From the NCBI GenBank assembly GCA_964188305.1, contig OZ076889.1: a stretch of DNA of 64,000 bases. One strand, 5' to 3'. Made by a program: the position numbers and the translations under genes. Shown here in pieces: positions 61,021 to 64,000 of this stretch. The notes under the pieces were generated by a model. It made no database searches, was not told the origin of the DNA, and was given only the letters and a program-made list of their open reading frames with translations. How positions within the stretch are numbered: the first letter of the stretch is position 1; each line of letters begins with the position of its first letter. The DNA comes from Podarcis bocagei. Lineage: Eukaryota.

Positions 61021-62281
61021 AAGACCAATGAAGAAGTCAATGTTGTACAGACCATAGCAAGGACCTATTTTTAGCCCTATCCTTGATGTTGGATCTTCTG
61101 TTTCAACACACGTGCATTGAATTGTTGTGTGGTTGCCTGTTGACCCTAATTGTGAGTCTAAAATGTTACTGAACAAAAGTTATGTGCCTTGTCTCTTTTC
61201 TTGGGTTGTAAAGAAAATCTTGAATAAAAACTATTTATAAATAAATAAATAAATGATCAAATGTTACTGGACAGCAATTCCCATGACCACTGACCATTGG
61301 CCATGCTGGCTAAGTAAGTTGGGAGCTGGAGTTCAGCTACATCTGAAAGGCCCACAGATTTTCTATCTCTGAGACGCAGGTAGAAATGGAAGGCTCTGTC
61401 AATTTTCGGTTTTCTCAGTTTCTCATTTTTTCAATCTTAAATTCAGTTCTCTACTTTGTAAGCATTGATTTAAAAAAATCCTCATAAAAGTTCTTCAGCA
61501 TTTTAGTGCAACTTTCTTGTAATAAACACATTTTGTTAAGTGGTTTTACACATTTTTGTATGCAATTTCTCCTCATATAATGCATTTTTGCATATTTTCA
61601 CCAATAGTTATTTTATGAGCATTTCCCTCTAATATACGTGCATTTTTTTTTTGTAAAAATCGGTTGGAAACCTGCATTGTGAAGTTCAGGTAAGTACAAG
61701 TTTTTTAAGATAGCAGTGTTTCTGTTGTCATATTGCTCTGGAAAGTGTGAATTTGACAGATGCAGCTATCAATGTGAACTGAATTGAATTCCTCCCATCC
61801 CTACAGGAAAACAGCCATGTTCAACATACCATTGATAAAAAGGGGGAAAGAAAAGAAGATCTGATGTCGGTGGTAAGTCTAAAAAGGTGACCCTGCTCTG
61901 TTCTGTACTTGTATATGCCTCGCACATGAGGAATGTGTACACGGGGCTAGCAAGGCAGATAGATAGGTCTTCCTTTCCTTCACAAACAATCTTTTGGCAG
62001 TTTTATGTTGGTCAAGTAATTGTAGGTTGAATTATGGGTTGCCTTTGTCAATGTATATTTGCATGCCTTGTTTCAACATGTGCTGAATGCGTGGAGCTCA
62101 GTCTAGATATATGTGCACGGTATCAGCACAATCCTATGCATATTTATCAAGGAGTAAATCACACCGTGTTCTATGAAGCTTCCTTCCATATCGGTACACA
62201 GAATTTCAGCCAATGGCAGTTTAGCTGCGTGACTTGACCATTGTCCCCTGCCTTTATGGAAGTTATACAAATATCTGCCTG

Positions 62282-62587
62282 AAGGTTGGTGGTTCAAATC
62301 CCCATGACGGAGTGAGCTCCCGTTGCTCGGTCCCTGCTCCTGCCAACCTAGCAGTTTGAAAGCATGCCAAAAAGTGCAAGTAGATTAATAGGTACCACTG
62401 TGGTAGGAAGGTAAACAGTGTTTCCGTGCGCTGCTCTGGTTTCAGTGTTCCATTGCACCAGAAGCGGCTTAGTCATGCTGGCCACATGACTCGGGAAAAC
62501 TGTCTGCGGACAAACGCCGGCACCCTTGGCCTGTAAAGCAAGATGAGCGACTGGACATAACTGTCAGGGGTCCTTTACCTTTACCTT
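62282..62587 (+). mobile_element. Sauria SINE
   Basis: Core sequence and (TTTACC)n tail. Confidence 0.88.
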
Positions 62588-63867
62588 TAAGAAGCAAGCT
62601 ACATAATGGTAATAGAAAAACAGTACTAACAGATTCAAATTGCATGGTATCCAGACAACCTTTTAAAGAAACGTACAGCATTAAATCGTAAGAAGTGTTT
62701 TATATGCAACTGGAAATATTTGGATACTGCTGAGAGTTGTTCTTAATTTAATATCAATAAAATACAGTACTTGTGACAGTAAGATTTCTGAAATCCCCAA
62801 GCTTCATTCTCTTGAATGTATTAAATCCTCATTAAACTACTTTGGCAGTGTAGGAAGGTCCTTAAAGTGGATGCAAATGAAATGGCATATGTAATTGCTG
62901 CAGGAGTGTTAAGGGGGCTTATGGCAAATGAGAAGCCCATGGTTTAAGCTAAATGTAAGAGTGGATTGCCGAGCTATCTTATAAAGAGCACCTGCTTCGG
63001 ACCGAATCAAAGCTCTTTAAGTACAACTAAGTTTGCAGAGACTTGTCTTCCTTTCCCCCTGCTAATTAATGCAATTAATCTGACTTGCCAAAATGAGAAA
63101 CACACCCATATTCCCACCCACCCACCCGCCCATCCCCACCAGAAATGGAGGGTCAAATTTCATCCTGCCGCCTGCGGGGAGGGTCTAAACAATTCTGTTC
63201 CAAGGCAAGTGTTCTTCGTGACAATGGCTGACCTGCAACTTCTACAAAACTCCTGTCCAACCCTCAAGATCCTGCATATGAGAGGTGGAAAGCTAGGAGA
63301 GAACATCTCAAATGGCCTGCTTGGTCAGACAACTTCCCTCTGACTCCAAGTTAAAACTACGGTCCTTTACTTTGCCTTGCCCCAACACCTCATTAATTAA
63401 TTAAGTAAGTAAGTAATTGCCTTCTATACAATTGTCACAAGGCAACACACAATAAAAACTGCAAAAAAATAAAGAAAGTCCTTTAAAAGAACAGCAGATA
63501 CATTAGAAATATGAGAAAGCAGATACGGCCGGGAAAGCTGGAAAAATGCCTTCAGTTGTAAAGTGCAGATTGTGGGCGCCCGTCATATATCGACAGGAAT
63601 GCTGTTCTGCAATATTCTTAAATGCACTTAAATGTGCATCATTATCTCCTGACAATAATAATAATAATAACAATAATAATTTATTATTTGTACCCTGCCC
63701 ATGGGGGACCAGTGAGGCTGTGATAGTTCAAAGGTGCCTTCTGTCTCAGCTCCTCTTGAGTGCTCCCTGATCTCAAGAATCAACATGAAAAATTTGGTTA
63801 GGTTTTCTTAAGAGGTGTCTCAATACATAGGGATCAGCAAGACTCTCTCTCTCTCTCTAATTGTCAG

Positions 63868-64000
63868 TTTGCATTTTTTAGTGCATAAAATATTGATCGG
63901 GTGTGTAGAGATCTTTCCTATTCTAATTAATTCAGGAGGGTTCGGGAAGCTTCTCTGTGTGAAAGAAACAAGCAGAAGGTTCCTGATGTTTGGGTTATTC
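63868..64000 (+). mobile_element. Partial copy of the 28-kb LTR-like family (runs off the window)
   Basis: Colinear with 28341-28474 (GAGATCTTTCCTATTC...GTGAAAGAAACAAGCAGAAGGTTC). Confidence 0.65.

Noticed and set aside
28038-64000. The 28-kb and 63.9-kb LTR-like copies as one element
   Set aside because: They are 35 kb apart, diverged, have different upstream halves, and no internal retroviral genes were seen.

Overview
This is eukaryotic vertebrate DNA, almost certainly a squamate (lacertid-like lizard). The repeat inventory points that way: Sauria SINEs, Bov-B and other RTE LINEs, CR1, L2, tRNA-derived SINEs, hAT and Tc1/mariner MITEs. No host protein-coding exon can be supported. The window looks intronic or intergenic, with several TE-free, TAAT-rich blocks that could be conserved non-coding elements. 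The main feature is a full-length ~6.6-kb L1 on the minus strand (42291-48879) with uninterrupted ORF1 and ORF2, inserted into a (GTT)n microsatellite. Its ORF2 has no ATG at the expected start, only a CTG in optimal Kozak context. The most novel-looking signal comes from two diverged solo LTRs (84-575 and 53627-54129), plus a probable third, decayed one (19303-19754). The two carry an ATG-less reading frame that opens at LTR base 2 and encodes an acidic stretch followed by an SLES..P.[ST]PR.R.S....EQR.QR motif. That motif is conserved as protein while its codons differ synonymously, suggesting a selected peptide encoded inside U3. Other points of interest are a twin-primed (5'-inverted) Sauria SINE, one MITE scaffold carrying two different tandem repeats, a bipartite Bov-B derivative, and an isolated near-perfect 26-bp hairpin. 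Family names are from recognition by eye, not from a database search.
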